Shown: one piece after another, positions 8,021-15,977 of the stretch | Layout: the number at the start of each line of letters is the position of its first letter | Position numbering within the stretch: position 1 is the stretch's first letter | Origin: a virus | Lineage: Duplodnaviria > Caudoviricetes | Virus record (IMG/VR): IMGVR_UViG_3300033486_000003 | Span: 1-51,424 of that record | Direction: 5' to 3' (one strand) | DNA: 51,424 nt | Program-made: the position numbers and the translations under genes | Notes under the pieces: generated by a model | The model's database searches: none | The model's input: the letters and a program-made list of their open reading frames with translations, nothing else | What the model was told of the DNA's origin: nothing

Positions 8021-8183
8021 TTCCCCTCCTGTTCAATCAAGCGCCCGCGCACTGAGTAGGCGCGGGTTGGCTTTTCTGATCCATTCCAATACTCGACTCG
8101 TTTCGACACGACGTATAATTATTTCGGGTTAGAAAACGCTAATTCTGCCTATTTCTACTAGTAGGAATTCTGTCTAATACATG

Positions 8184-8414
8184 TTAGAACTCAATCTGTT
8201 CGTTCATCATTCGAGCCGGAGTATGCTTTCCTTCAACGGTTTCTGCCAGAACGATCTTGCCGCCTTCGCAGCGGTAAATTTCCTTCGTAACCTTATCTGG
8301 GGCAGGCTGACCATTTCCGTAAACAAAGCCGCATGGATATTGGCGAACAACTTCCAGTTCACCGGCTTTGTTCAGCGACGCGCTCACAACCTTGTGTGGT
8401 TTAAAAATATGCAT
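8184..8414 (-). CDS. Cassette-like hypothetical protein
   Basis: GGAGG RBS just after attC B; stop in TTCTAAC. Confidence 0.7.
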   Translation of the reverse strand: MHIFKPHKVVSASLNKAGELEVVRQYPCGFVYGNGQPAPDKVTKEIYRCEGGKIVLAETVEGKHTPARMMNEQIEF

Positions 8415-8436
8415 TTATTGCCTCCGTTTGGCTTGG

Positions 8437-8522
8437 TTCTAACATCACCTTAAACCGGACGCGGGTTAGCATCCAGTCTCTTTTCTGTTTCCGTGGCCGC
8501 GCCGGTTAAGGCGGCGTTGGGC
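8437..8522 (+). mobile_element. attC-like site B
   Basis: TTCTAAC-ATCAC-CTTAAACCGGACGCGG...CCGCGCCGGTTAAG-GCGGC-GTTGGGC. Confidence 0.8.
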
Positions 8523-8752
8523 GTCAGCATTTTCAGCCAGTCCCGGTAGTCGTCACAACTATCAAGCCCGTGCGGGGAATCAGAACCAATGTTTCTGCAA
8601 TAAGCCATTTTCAACATCATTTGCAGACGCTCAATCTCGGCTGCTGCGCGCAGGCCAAGAAGCAAGCAACACTTGTCCTCGTCATCAAGCCCTGGATCAT
8701 CCTGGCTCGGCCAGTGACTCCGTAATTCAGCACAAATATCCATCGTTCTCAC
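8450..8752 (-). CDS. Cassette-like hypothetical protein reading into attC B
   Basis: C-terminus PNAALTGAATE...PRPV is encoded by the attC. Confidence 0.65.
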   Translation of the reverse strand: MRTMDICAELRSHWPSQDDPGLDDEDKCCLLLGLRAAAEIERLQMMLKMAYCRNIGSDSPHGLDSCDDYRDWLKMLTPNAALTGAATETEKRLDANPRPV

Positions 8753-8763
8753 TCCGTAGTTGC

Positions 8764-8845
8764 GCCCAACAAGTCATCAAACCGGACGCGGTTGTAGCAG
8801 CGCACTTATTTAGTTCGTGGCGCGCCGGTTAATTCTGCGTTAGGC
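8764..8845 (+). mobile_element. attC-like site C
   Basis: GCCCAAC-AAGTC-ATCAAACCGGACGCG...CGCGCCGGTTAAT-TCTGC-GTTAGGC. Confidence 0.8.
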
Positions 8846-9094
8846 GCTAGGGCACCATTGGTCTATTTCACACGTCGGGCAATCTCGACTATGTGAGCCT
8901 CGCTGACCGCAATCAATGCACTCATCCTCAAAGAATACATCGACACCGCCGTTATCAAATATCCCAGCAAAGCACCCTGCGAGTAGATTTCGATTGTCTT
9001 CACGATGGTCGTCATCTGGCAACCCATCAATCGTTACACTCGTTGGGTGGATGCCAGCACTTATATCGCCAGGAATAAATATTGTCGCCTTCAT
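8840..9094 (-). CDS. Cassette-like hypothetical protein (C-terminal Cys motifs)
   Basis: Start MKATIF with GGGAG RBS after attC D; stop lies in attC C. Confidence 0.7.
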   Translation of the reverse strand: MKATIFIPGDISAGIHPTSVTIDGLPDDDHREDNRNLLAGCFAGIFDNGGVDVFFEDECIDCGQRGSHSRDCPTCEIDQWCPSA

Positions 9095-9108
9095 ATTCGA
9101 TCTCCCGC

Positions 9109-9193
9109 GCCTAACCACGCCAGTCAGTTGACGGCGTGGAAGCGGCGTTTTGTTTATCGTTCGGTGGGCCGCAACTACTGGCTACCGTTAGGG
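9109..9193 (+). mobile_element. attC-like site D
   Basis: GCCTAAC..GCCAGT(C)AGTTG(A)CGGC...GCCGCAACTACTGGC..GTTAGGG with the classic two extrahelical bases. Confidence 0.82.
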
Positions 9194-9430
9194 ATCAATC
9201 CCCATTTTTTCGCTTACCGATGAACATTTGGCTCCCGGGGCTCCTCCAAGGGCAGACGCAAGAGCCGTGCATTCATTTCCGAGAAGGAGTTTTGCCGAGA
9301 ATCCATCTCTCCAAACTTGCGCCGCAATTGCAACGGATTCTCCTTTTTTGTTTGCCTCAATAACCGCATCAAACATCGGTTTGAGTTGTTCGGCTTGTTC
9401 TTTCGTAAGCTCTACGTGTATCAGTTTCAT
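9188..9430 (-). CDS. Cassette-like hypothetical protein
   Basis: Single ORF filling the gap between attC E and attC D. Confidence 0.7.
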   Translation of the reverse strand: MKLIHVELTKEQAEQLKPMFDAVIEANKKGESVAIAAQVWRDGFSAKLLLGNECTALASALGGAPGAKCSSVSEKMGIDP

Positions 9431-9441
9431 ATCAGCACCAT

Positions 9442-9525
9442 CCCTAACAATTAAATCCAGGCGAGTCGGTTGCAGACGCGCCTCTCTTTACGTTCGTGGC
9501 TCCCGCCTGATTAACATCGTTATTT
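9442..9525 (+). mobile_element. attC-like site E
   Basis: CCCTAAC-AATTA-AATCCAGGCG...CGCCTGATTAACATC-GTTATTT. Confidence 0.7.
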
Positions 9526-9726
9526 GTCGTCCATCTCGAAATATTTAGCCAGCATCTCAAGGGTCGAGGCCCGTGGGCGCAACGTATCCCCGTTTTCGAT
9601 CCGTCGGAGTGCTCCGTCAGAGATTTCGGTATCGAGCGCGATGGCCGGGATTGATCGGGTATTGTGGGCTTTCTTGAGCGCAGACCTAACTTTGGCGTGA
9701 AGGCGCTTGTATTTTTTTTCGGTCAT
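9520..9726 (-). CDS. Cro/XRE-type helix-turn-helix regulator
   Basis: IPAIALDTEISDGALRRIENGDTLRPRASTLEMLAKYF. Confidence 0.8.
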   Translation of the reverse strand: MTEKKYKRLHAKVRSALKKAHNTRSIPAIALDTEISDGALRRIENGDTLRPRASTLEMLAKYFEMDDK

Positions 9727-9893
9727 TTTGCTTCATTCTCCAGAATTTCGGCGGCAGTCTCGCAGTCATCGGCTATGCAGTAGCCGTCGCAATCCGAATC
9801 GTCATAATGCACCATCTCGTCCGGACAGAAATCTCTAATATATTCCGCAGCTATACGCAGCATTTTCTGCGCCCGCTCAATTTTATCTTTCAT
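9723..9893 (-). CDS. Hypothetical acidic protein (56 aa)
   Basis: Manual translation MKDKIERAQK...ENEAK; GAGG RBS; ATGA overlap with the HTH gene. Confidence 0.6.
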   Translation of the reverse strand: MKDKIERAQKMLRIAAEYIRDFCPDEMVHYDDSDCDGYCIADDCETAAEILENEAK

Positions 9894-9925
9894 TAGTGCC
9901 TCGATATTTTGATGTGTTCCTGCTT

Positions 9926-10005
9926 AGGATAAGCTCGATAAAATACAAAATCAATACAAGATTACGAAAAGATTTTATTGACATTGCGAATTTTAAGGCC
10001 ATAAT
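9926..10005. promoter_or_regulatory. Divergent early promoters
   Basis: Rightward TTGACA-16-CATAAT (9978-10005); leftward TTGATT-17-TATCCT; AT-rich strand-switch region. Confidence 0.6.
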
Positions 10006-10012
10006 AACCAAC

Positions 10013-10121
10013 GTAACGAGCGCCGAGACGAATACCCCGATGAACGTGCATCGGAGAGTTCCCGCGATACGCGAAGGATTCACGAACCCCGTATTTATAG
10101 GGATGTTTCGGCGCTTGTTAC
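10013..10121 (+). ncRNA. Structured 5' leader RNA upstream of csrA
   Basis: 17-bp closing stem 10013-10029/10105-10121 enclosing further hairpins. Confidence 0.5.
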
Positions 10122-10146
10122 CCCCCACAAATCTAAGGAGAGAACC

Positions 10147-10341
10147 ATGTTAATACTAGGACGAAGAGTCGGAGAAACGATAGTAATAACCCTGAACATT
10201 GGTGATGAGAATGAGGTGAATATAAGGTGTGCGGTTCTCGGCGTAAAAGGGAATCAGGTTCGCCTTGGGATTGACGCACCGAGCAGCGTGGCCGTGCATC
10301 GTGAAGAGGTGTATCTGCGCATCAAGGAGGAGCAGAAATGA
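10147..10341 (+). CDS. csrA: Carbon storage regulator CsrA/RsmA homolog
   Basis: [12 protein letters not shown]...[28 protein letters not shown]. Confidence 0.93.
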   Translation: MLILGRRVGETIVITLNIGDENEVNIRCAVLGVKGNQVRLGIDAPSSVAVHREEVYLRIKEEQK

Positions 10342-10799
10342 CCGACAACATCACTCCTATTCATTTTTGCCCCACCTGCTACAAGATGGTGTCTCGTATC
10401 ACGTCAACGACCACGGGGGGCTTCATGTGTAATAGCTGCGGAAGCGACACCGAGACCATCAGTAAATTCCACGCAATGCGGGGAAAAGACGCACGCAGAG
10501 CGCTAGCATGGAGAGGGTTTTCCGAGTCTGGCGTAGCCGAGCCAATTACTGAATCATTGTACTTTTCTGACGTAATCGAGTTATTGCGGGATGAACTAGA
10601 ATCCGGATCAGATAACAGCAAAACCGTAATGCGAATGTTGCGCGCTGGCATGAGGGATTACCTCGATCAATGCCGTGACCTCGACGAAGATGCCGCTACA
10701 GAAAATGAGGAAGCCCGCCTAGACCGCTGCCAGCGTAGCCGAGACCTGCGCGCCGAGATTGCGCGAACCACCGAAAGCCTTTATGGGGTGAAATCATGA
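10338..10799 (+). CDS. Hypothetical protein with N-terminal Zn ribbon
   Basis: CPTC...CNSC; ATGA-coupled. Confidence 0.7.
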   Translation: MTDNITPIHFCPTCYKMVSRITSTTTGGFMCNSCGSDTETISKFHAMRGKDARRALAWRGFSESGVAEPITESLYFSDVIELLRDELESGSDNSKTVMRMLRAGMRDYLDQCRDLDEDAATENEEARLDRCQRSRDLRAEIARTTESLYGVKS

Positions 10800-11581
10800 G
10801 AATTGAAATAAAGACCAGATTCACAGGGATCGTATTGTTTTCGCACGAAACAGAGAACAATACACTCAAAATAACACTGGAGGCCGCAATAAAAGCCCGT
10901 GCCAACCTGGACGGTGCCTACCTGGACGGTGCCAACCTGGACGGTGCCTACCTGTCCCGTGCCTACCTGGCCGGTGCCAACCTGTCCGGTGCCTACCTGT
11001 CCCGTGCCAACCTGGCCGGTGCCTACCTGTCCCGTGCCAACCTGGACGGTGCCTACCTGGACGGTGCCAACCTGGACGGTGCCTACCTGGACGGTGCCAA
11101 CCTGGACGGTGCCAACCTGGCCGGTGCCTACCTGTCCCGTGCCTACCTGGCCGGTGCCAACCTGTCCGGTGCCTACCTGGACGGTGCCAACCTGTCCGGT
11201 GCCTACCTGGCCGGTGCCAACCTGTCCCGTGCCTACCTGGCCGGTGCCAACCTGTCCGGTGCCTACCTGGACGGTGCCAACCTGTCCGGTGCCTACCTGG
11301 ACGGTGCCAACCTGGACGGTGAAGAAAAACTGATCGGAGACAGGCCAATAATTCAGATCGGTCCCATCGGATCTCGGAGCGCTTATTTCGTAGCGTACCT
11401 AACTGACCGAGGAGTTAGATTTAGAGCTGGTTGTTTCTTTGGAGATAGGGCGAGATTTGAGGAAAAGCTATCAGATACTCACAACGGTATTCATCTGCGC
11501 GAATATCAAGCAGCCCTTGCGATGGTCGATGTTCACGCGGAGCTGTGGACTCCAAAGGAGAATAGCAATGAGCAAGCATAA
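10796..11581 (+). CDS. Pentapeptide-repeat protein
   Basis: 28 A[N/Y]L[D/S/A][G/R] repeats; C-terminal GPIGSR...RAGCFFG domain. Confidence 0.9.
   Translation: MRIEIKTRFTGIVLFSHETENNTLKITLEAAIKARANLDGAYLDGANLDGAYLSRAYLAGANLSGAYLSRANLAGAYLSRANLDGAYLDGANLDGAYLDGANLDGANLAGAYLSRAYLAGANLSGAYLDGANLSGAYLAGANLSRAYLAGANLSGAYLDGANLSGAYLDGANLDGEEKLIGDRPIIQIGPIGSRSAYFVAYLTDRGVRFRAGCFFGDRARFEEKLSDTHNGIHLREYQAALAMVDVHAELWTPKENSNEQA
10901..11320 (+). repeat. 28 x 15-bp coding tandem repeat
   Basis: Unit GCC(A/T)ACCTG(GA/TC/GC)C(G/C)GT. Confidence 0.95.
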
Positions 11582-11804
11582 CGACGAAGAACTCCTCCTG
11601 GGCTGCGAGTCCTACCGCGCCGCAGAACGCCTGTATCAGTGGCAGGAGAAGAAGGACTACGCGAAGAAGGGGGAGGTGCCTGAGCCGGACTATGAGACGG
11701 CCAAGCGGATAGGAGAGAACATTCTGTGGATGGCTGTTTTCTTCCTGCTGACCTTCTTCGGCCTGCTGCTGTTGAGCAGTGATTTTGTGGTAACTGGACA
11801 ATAG
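11568..11804 (+). CDS. Hypothetical membrane protein
   Basis: Start MSKHND with AAGGAG RBS; C-terminal hydrophobic helix. Confidence 0.65.
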   Translation: MSKHNDEELLLGCESYRAAERLYQWQEKKDYAKKGEVPEPDYETAKRIGENILWMAVFFLLTFFGLLLLSSDFVVTGQ

Positions 11805-11810
11805 AAACCC

Positions 11811-12041
11811 ATGAAAATTACATTGATATTATTAATTTTCTGGACTGTACTGTGCTTGTGTTCGCTTGTATTGGCCGTAAGAAACTCATGGGTATTTAAG
11901 CGCCAAACCGAGCTAAATCGCCATGAAAACGGAGTGCATGTTATTCGAGGTTACGCCGACTACAACACGATGATACGCAAGTTTTGGATATGGGATGTAG
12001 AGAAATTTAAACTGCCCAACAATAAAACAGAAAAGGAATAA
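11811..12041 (+). CDS. Hypothetical membrane protein
   Basis: N-terminal hydrophobic segment. Confidence 0.6.
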   Translation: MKITLILLIFWTVLCLCSLVLAVRNSWVFKRQTELNRHENGVHVIRGYADYNTMIRKFWIWDVEKFKLPNNKTEKE

Positions 12042-12046
12042 ACCAG

Positions 12047-12247
12047 ATGTCAGCACGGATTTACACAGTAACAGACACGGCCACCGAGGAGACGTTTTTG
12101 ATCAAGGCCAACAGCCAGGCTCAGGCAGTGCGACACGTCGCATCGGCCCGCTATGACTGCGACGTTCCCAGCGCCTTGGAAGTGGCAGAGAAGATGGCTG
12201 CTGGGGCGGTGGTCGAGGATGCCACGGCCTCTAAAGTGGCAGAATAG
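12047..12247 (+). CDS. Hypothetical protein
   Basis: RIYTV...LIKANSQAQAVRHVA; AAGGA RBS. Confidence 0.7.
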   Translation: MSARIYTVTDTATEETFLIKANSQAQAVRHVASARYDCDVPSALEVAEKMAAGAVVEDATASKVAE

Positions 12248-12255
12248 GTTTCCCC

Positions 12256-12296
12256 TCCCCGGTCGCAACCCTACCCAATTTGGCCGGGGATTTTTT
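12256..12296 (+). terminator. Intrinsic terminator
   Basis: TCCCCGGTC...GGCCGGGGA followed by T6. Confidence 0.6.
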
Positions 12297-12312
12297 AATC
12301 AGAGGCGTTCTT

Positions 12313-12621
12313 ATGAGTGGAAATATTCCATGTTATGTATATTTCATTTCGACGATTGGCGGAACGAAGCGAATGAAAATAGGAATGTCTTCCGATCCTG
12401 AAAAACGATTAAAACAACTACAAACCGCAAATAGTCAAAAGCTACAAATTAGGGCAAAAATAAAATGTAAAAGCAGGAAACACGCGATGGAGGTGGAGGC
12501 AGCAGCGCATGAATATTTTGCAAAACACCATAAGAGGGGCGAGTGGTTTAAATGTGCCGATATTATAATCCATAAAGCGTGGGAATTTGAAGAAGCGATG
12601 TCAAACATAACGCAACCCTAA
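12313..12621 (+). CDS. GIY-YIG-like (T5orf172/MUG113) protein
   Basis: YVYFI...KIGMSSDPEKRLKQLQTAN...E...H...RGEWF. Confidence 0.85.
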   Translation: MSGNIPCYVYFISTIGGTKRMKIGMSSDPEKRLKQLQTANSQKLQIRAKIKCKSRKHAMEVEAAAHEYFAKHHKRGEWFKCADIIIHKAWEFEEAMSNITQP

Positions 12622-12671
12622 CCCCAGCTAATGGCAGGATATGGGCGACAGAGAATCAGGAGAAACGAACC

Positions 12672-13370
12672 ATGGAAAAGATTAACCTTTCAGAAGGCAG
12701 TGAAGAATTTGCGGCGATCAAAAACGAATGGCGGGAAAGAGTCAGGAACTGCACCATTGAAACGCTCCCCGCTTTCCTGCTGGAGCTTGCCGAAAATTAC
12801 CGCCACGATTACGGAACAATTTGCCACGCCACAGCTATTGCCGCTGTAGCGGCTGCTAGTGCAATAGACCACTCTCCACAGGGTGGAATTACTGGCTTCC
12901 AGGCGGGGGCTATCATGTGGGAGTTTATCCGAGAGTGGAACTTCCACAGCAACAAAACCGGCTTGCGCCTGGTCGATTACGACAACTTCCTTTACCCGCA
13001 GTATGCGGATGACTTCGACAAAACAATATCCAAAGACACCTGGATCGCCATCCAGGCCGAGGCCATCTCAAAAATCGAAAAGGCCGACGCTGAATATGTC
13101 GATTACTTGCAAAAATGCGAGCGGTACAAAACAGATATTGCAGCATTCATAGCAAAATTCCCCGACTACCATGAACGGCGTGAACACTATGATCCACTTG
13201 GTATTGGGACGGGGGAGCAATGGGAGGCCGAGGAAAATAAGAAAGCAAGTGGGTTTGAATTCGCCCCGCAAGAGCCTTACCGCCCTGTAGGTGGCGACAG
13301 CCCCGTTTACTTGCACTGGAAGTCTATCGTAAACGGCGTTGTTCCGTTTGGTTACTTCGTAGATGCCTAA
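12672..13370 (+). CDS. Hypothetical protein
   Basis: 232-aa ORF with AGGAG RBS. Confidence 0.8.
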   Translation: MEKINLSEGSEEFAAIKNEWRERVRNCTIETLPAFLLELAENYRHDYGTICHATAIAAVAAASAIDHSPQGGITGFQAGAIMWEFIREWNFHSNKTGLRLVDYDNFLYPQYADDFDKTISKDTWIAIQAEAISKIEKADAEYVDYLQKCERYKTDIAAFIAKFPDYHERREHYDPLGIGTGEQWEAEENKKASGFEFAPQEPYRPVGGDSPVYLHWKSIVNGVVPFGYFVDA

Positions 13371-13697
13371 CTAATGCTGAGATTAAACCTAAAGCGCAAG
13401 TGGTGGGAGCAGATCAGTAATTAACCAAGCTCAACGCCCATCGTTGAGTACCGGGCGCAGTCGGTGGCAACCCGGATAATTGGAGCCACCTACCGAACGG
13501 GGTGGGAAAACGGTGCGATACCACAGGCGATATGGGCCTAGCCTGGACCGACAATGCCCCATCGTCTTCGAGGCGTTAAGTCGATATAGCCCAGGTGGGG
13601 CTGAAGCGGATAAATACAGGGCCAAAAATATGCCGATCATAGCGGTCGGTACACTCGGGCTAGTGGGAAGCTGGCCACCTAATTTAGCGAGGGGATC

Positions 13698-13913
13698 ATG
13701 ATCGAAATAGTTGGAGCAAGAATCGGTAACACGATCACTAATGATCGGGCGATGATACTCGAAGCGGTTGAGCGTAACCGCATCACCGAGTTTCTCGATA
13801 GAGACAGAATGAAATTCATGGCCGCTATGGACGTGGGGAGAAACTGGGAACTCATGGCCAGCGGGCCAACATTGTTTTGCGTTGATGAGAATGGGAAAGC
13901 AATTTCCGCTTGA
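13698..13913 (+). CDS. Hypothetical protein
   Basis: GAGGGG RBS. Confidence 0.6.
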   Translation: MIEIVGARIGNTITNDRAMILEAVERNRITEFLDRDRMKFMAAMDVGRNWELMASGPTLFCVDENGKAISA

Positions 13914-13938
13914 CACTTTCCAAGCGCTTCGCTACGCT
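13910..13938 (+). promoter_or_regulatory. Sigma70-type promoter with AAGCGCTT palindrome in the spacer
   Basis: TTGACA-17-TACGCT. Confidence 0.6.
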
Positions 13939-13964
13939 TCATATCACCACAACAGGAGATAGAC

Positions 13965-14252
13965 ATGAGCACAGCAGCAGCAAAGGTGTTAGGCCGCAAG
14001 GGCGGGAAGGTATCGAGTCCAGCGAAGACGGCGGCTTGTAAGAAGAACGCACAGAAGCCACGGAGTAAGCGGGTTAGTGAAAAGGGGACGTGGACGGCTC
14101 GTCAGTCGCTTACTGGTGAGATTCTTGTCGAGAGCGACGACAAAAAGCACAGCGCTGTATTTTTCCTTTACGGGACGTTCAGCGACAACAGCCAAAAACT
14201 CCGCTATGCCAAGATGATCGCCAAGCGGCTTAATGCCAAGGAGAAGGTATGA
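13965..14252 (+). CDS. Basic putative DNA-binding protein
   Basis: LGRKGG..SPAKTAACKKNAQKPR; AGGAG RBS. Confidence 0.7.
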   Translation: MSTAAAKVLGRKGGKVSSPAKTAACKKNAQKPRSKRVSEKGTWTARQSLTGEILVESDDKKHSAVFFLYGTFSDNSQKLRYAKMIAKRLNAKEKV

Positions 14253-14998
14253 GTGAATTAGGTACATCAAAAATATGGGATCTCGTAAAGGAAACGCACC
14301 CAAGCGCAACGAAGCGGGCAAACCTTGACGGGCAGGAAATCACAAGCATCAACGGTATTTATGTAGCTCAACGAGCCACTGAAATATTCGGCCCGTGTGG
14401 AATTGGATGGGGGTATGACATTGTAGAAGAGCGGCTTGATTATGCTGGCCCAATTTATGCCGAGAGGACGGATAAAGACGGCATCAAAACGATGGAGCAT
14501 ATTACAGACGCCAAGAATCACACCGTTAAGATTAACTTCTGGTACATCCTGGACGGCGTAAGGGGGGAATTTTCTCATTATGGCCACACAAAGTATCTCT
14601 ACCGGTCAACTAAGCATGGGTTCGTCGTTGATCCAGAAGCCCCTAAAAAATCACTAACAGATGCCATTAAAAAGTGCCTGTCCCTGCTTGGGTTTTGCGC
14701 AGACATTTATCTTGGTCTATTTGATGATCGTGATTATTTTGAAGAGCAATCAAGGAAAGAGCGGATAGAAGACGCGGACGACAAGATCGCCGAGGAGGAG
14801 CGGCAAAAGCAGGAGCACCTTAGCTGGCTTGGCGATACATTGCGGTTGATGAACGAGTCTAAAACGGTGCCAATGCTTAAAGGTCTCTACACTGCGGCAG
14901 TAAGAAAGCTCGATGTTCGTGGAGACAAGATCGGACTTCGCCGCGTTGAAGAGCTTAAAGACAAAAAATTAAAGGAGCTTTCCAGTGAACCTACATGA
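14249..14998 (+). CDS. Rad52/Sak-like single-strand annealing protein
   Basis: RATEIFGPCGIGWG...EAPKKSLTDAIKKCLSLLGFCADIYLG. Confidence 0.75.
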   Translation: MSELGTSKIWDLVKETHPSATKRANLDGQEITSINGIYVAQRATEIFGPCGIGWGYDIVEERLDYAGPIYAERTDKDGIKTMEHITDAKNHTVKINFWYILDGVRGEFSHYGHTKYLYRSTKHGFVVDPEAPKKSLTDAIKKCLSLLGFCADIYLGLFDDRDYFEEQSRKERIEDADDKIAEEERQKQEHLSWLGDTLRLMNESKTVPMLKGLYTAAVRKLDVRGDKIGLRRVEELKDKKLKELSSEPT

Positions 14999-15455
14999 AA
15001 TAAGCGATAACTACCTGGCCGTCCAGGACATTGAAGATGTCGATATTAATGACACCCTCGATGCAATAGAAGGCGAGTTTGAGTCAAAGGCTGAGAATAT
15101 CGTAAAGGTTATCGTCAATATCGAATCCGACATGGAGAGAATAGAAAGCGAGATTAAGCGGCTGAAATCGCGCTCAGAACTGTTCTCAAGGAAGATCGAC
15201 GGCATCAAGGACTATCTCCGCGCCAACATGGAGAGAACCGGCATAAAGAACATTAAGGGGCCGCTCTTTACCATAACCTGCGCGGCTGGCCGGGATGTTG
15301 TTGTGATTGATAATGTTGATAGCCTTCCTGATGATCTCGTTTCGGTAAAGACCAGTATCGCACCGGACAAAGTGGCCATACTGGAAGCCCTGAAAGCTGG
15401 CCCGGTTGACGGCGCGCATATCGAAAAATCGAAGAGTTCGATAAGGATTAAGTAA
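14985..15455 (+). CDS. Siphovirus Gp157-family coiled-coil protein
   Basis: DTLDAIEGEFESKAENI...EIKRL...PDKVAILEALKAG.VDGA...IRIK. Confidence 0.85.
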   Translation: MNLHEISDNYLAVQDIEDVDINDTLDAIEGEFESKAENIVKVIVNIESDMERIESEIKRLKSRSELFSRKIDGIKDYLRANMERTGIKNIKGPLFTITCAAGRDVVVIDNVDSLPDDLVSVKTSIAPDKVAILEALKAGPVDGAHIEKSKSSIRIK

Positions 15456-15472
15456 CGATAAGGATATTAAAA

Positions 15473-15700
15473 ATGCAAGGACAATGCAGATGCGGTTCTG
15501 TGGATACTCTGTTCCGAGTTAGAGGTGTTGGTCTGTGCGGCGCGTGCTACGAAAAGGAAAAACTTCAGGCCGATGACGAGCGAGGAATAGCCTTGAGAAA
15601 GGCAGAACAGATCAGACTGAAGCGCAGGCTGAACGCCGGGTTCACGGCTTACGAGGGCGTGATGGATATTCTTCGCGGGATTAGGGGGGATTTGGCATGA
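15473..15700 (+). CDS. Hypothetical protein
   Basis: Coupled ORF with Cys motifs. Confidence 0.6.
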   Translation: MQGQCRCGSVDTLFRVRGVGLCGACYEKEKLQADDERGIALRKAEQIRLKRRLNAGFTAYEGVMDILRGIRGDLA

Positions 15701-15957
15701 ATCAAAAATCGCTAAGAGATGTGTCTGCGGCGCTTGATGATGCTATGCAAGCGATTAATGAAATAGAGGCAAGAAGTCTTTATGACAATCCCCCTAAGCT
15801 CAGTTTCGAGCAGAAAATAATCGACGCCGTAAGACAGATGGATGACGGTAGCCCGATGAAAGACTTTCTGAGCCGTGATGACATGGAGACGGCCATTAGA
15901 ATGCTGGCTGATGTTTTTACGGCCACAGGCGTAAAGATGCCCGTGGATTGGGCGTAA
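15697..15957 (+). CDS. Hypothetical protein
   Basis: ATGA-coupled ORF. Confidence 0.6.
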   Translation: MNQKSLRDVSAALDDAMQAINEIEARSLYDNPPKLSFEQKIIDAVRQMDDGSPMKDFLSRDDMETAIRMLADVFTATGVKMPVDWA

Positions 15958-15977
15958 CCACGGAGAAAGGAAAGTTA

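Noticed and set aside
9520-10005. Lysogeny switch or prophage state
   Set aside because: Only one short HTH; no CI with peptidase domain, integrase, partition genes or host flanks recognised.
10866-11348. CRISPR-like array, or alternative-frame repeat proteins (PTWTV and HRPGW repeats)
   Set aside because: Contiguous 15-bp units with no spacers; these are shadow frames of the pentapeptide gene.
13365-13430. Further attC after the 232-aa ORF (GCCTAAC...GCTGAGATTAAACC)
   Set aside because: No complementary arm or closing GTT site found; at most a decayed remnant.
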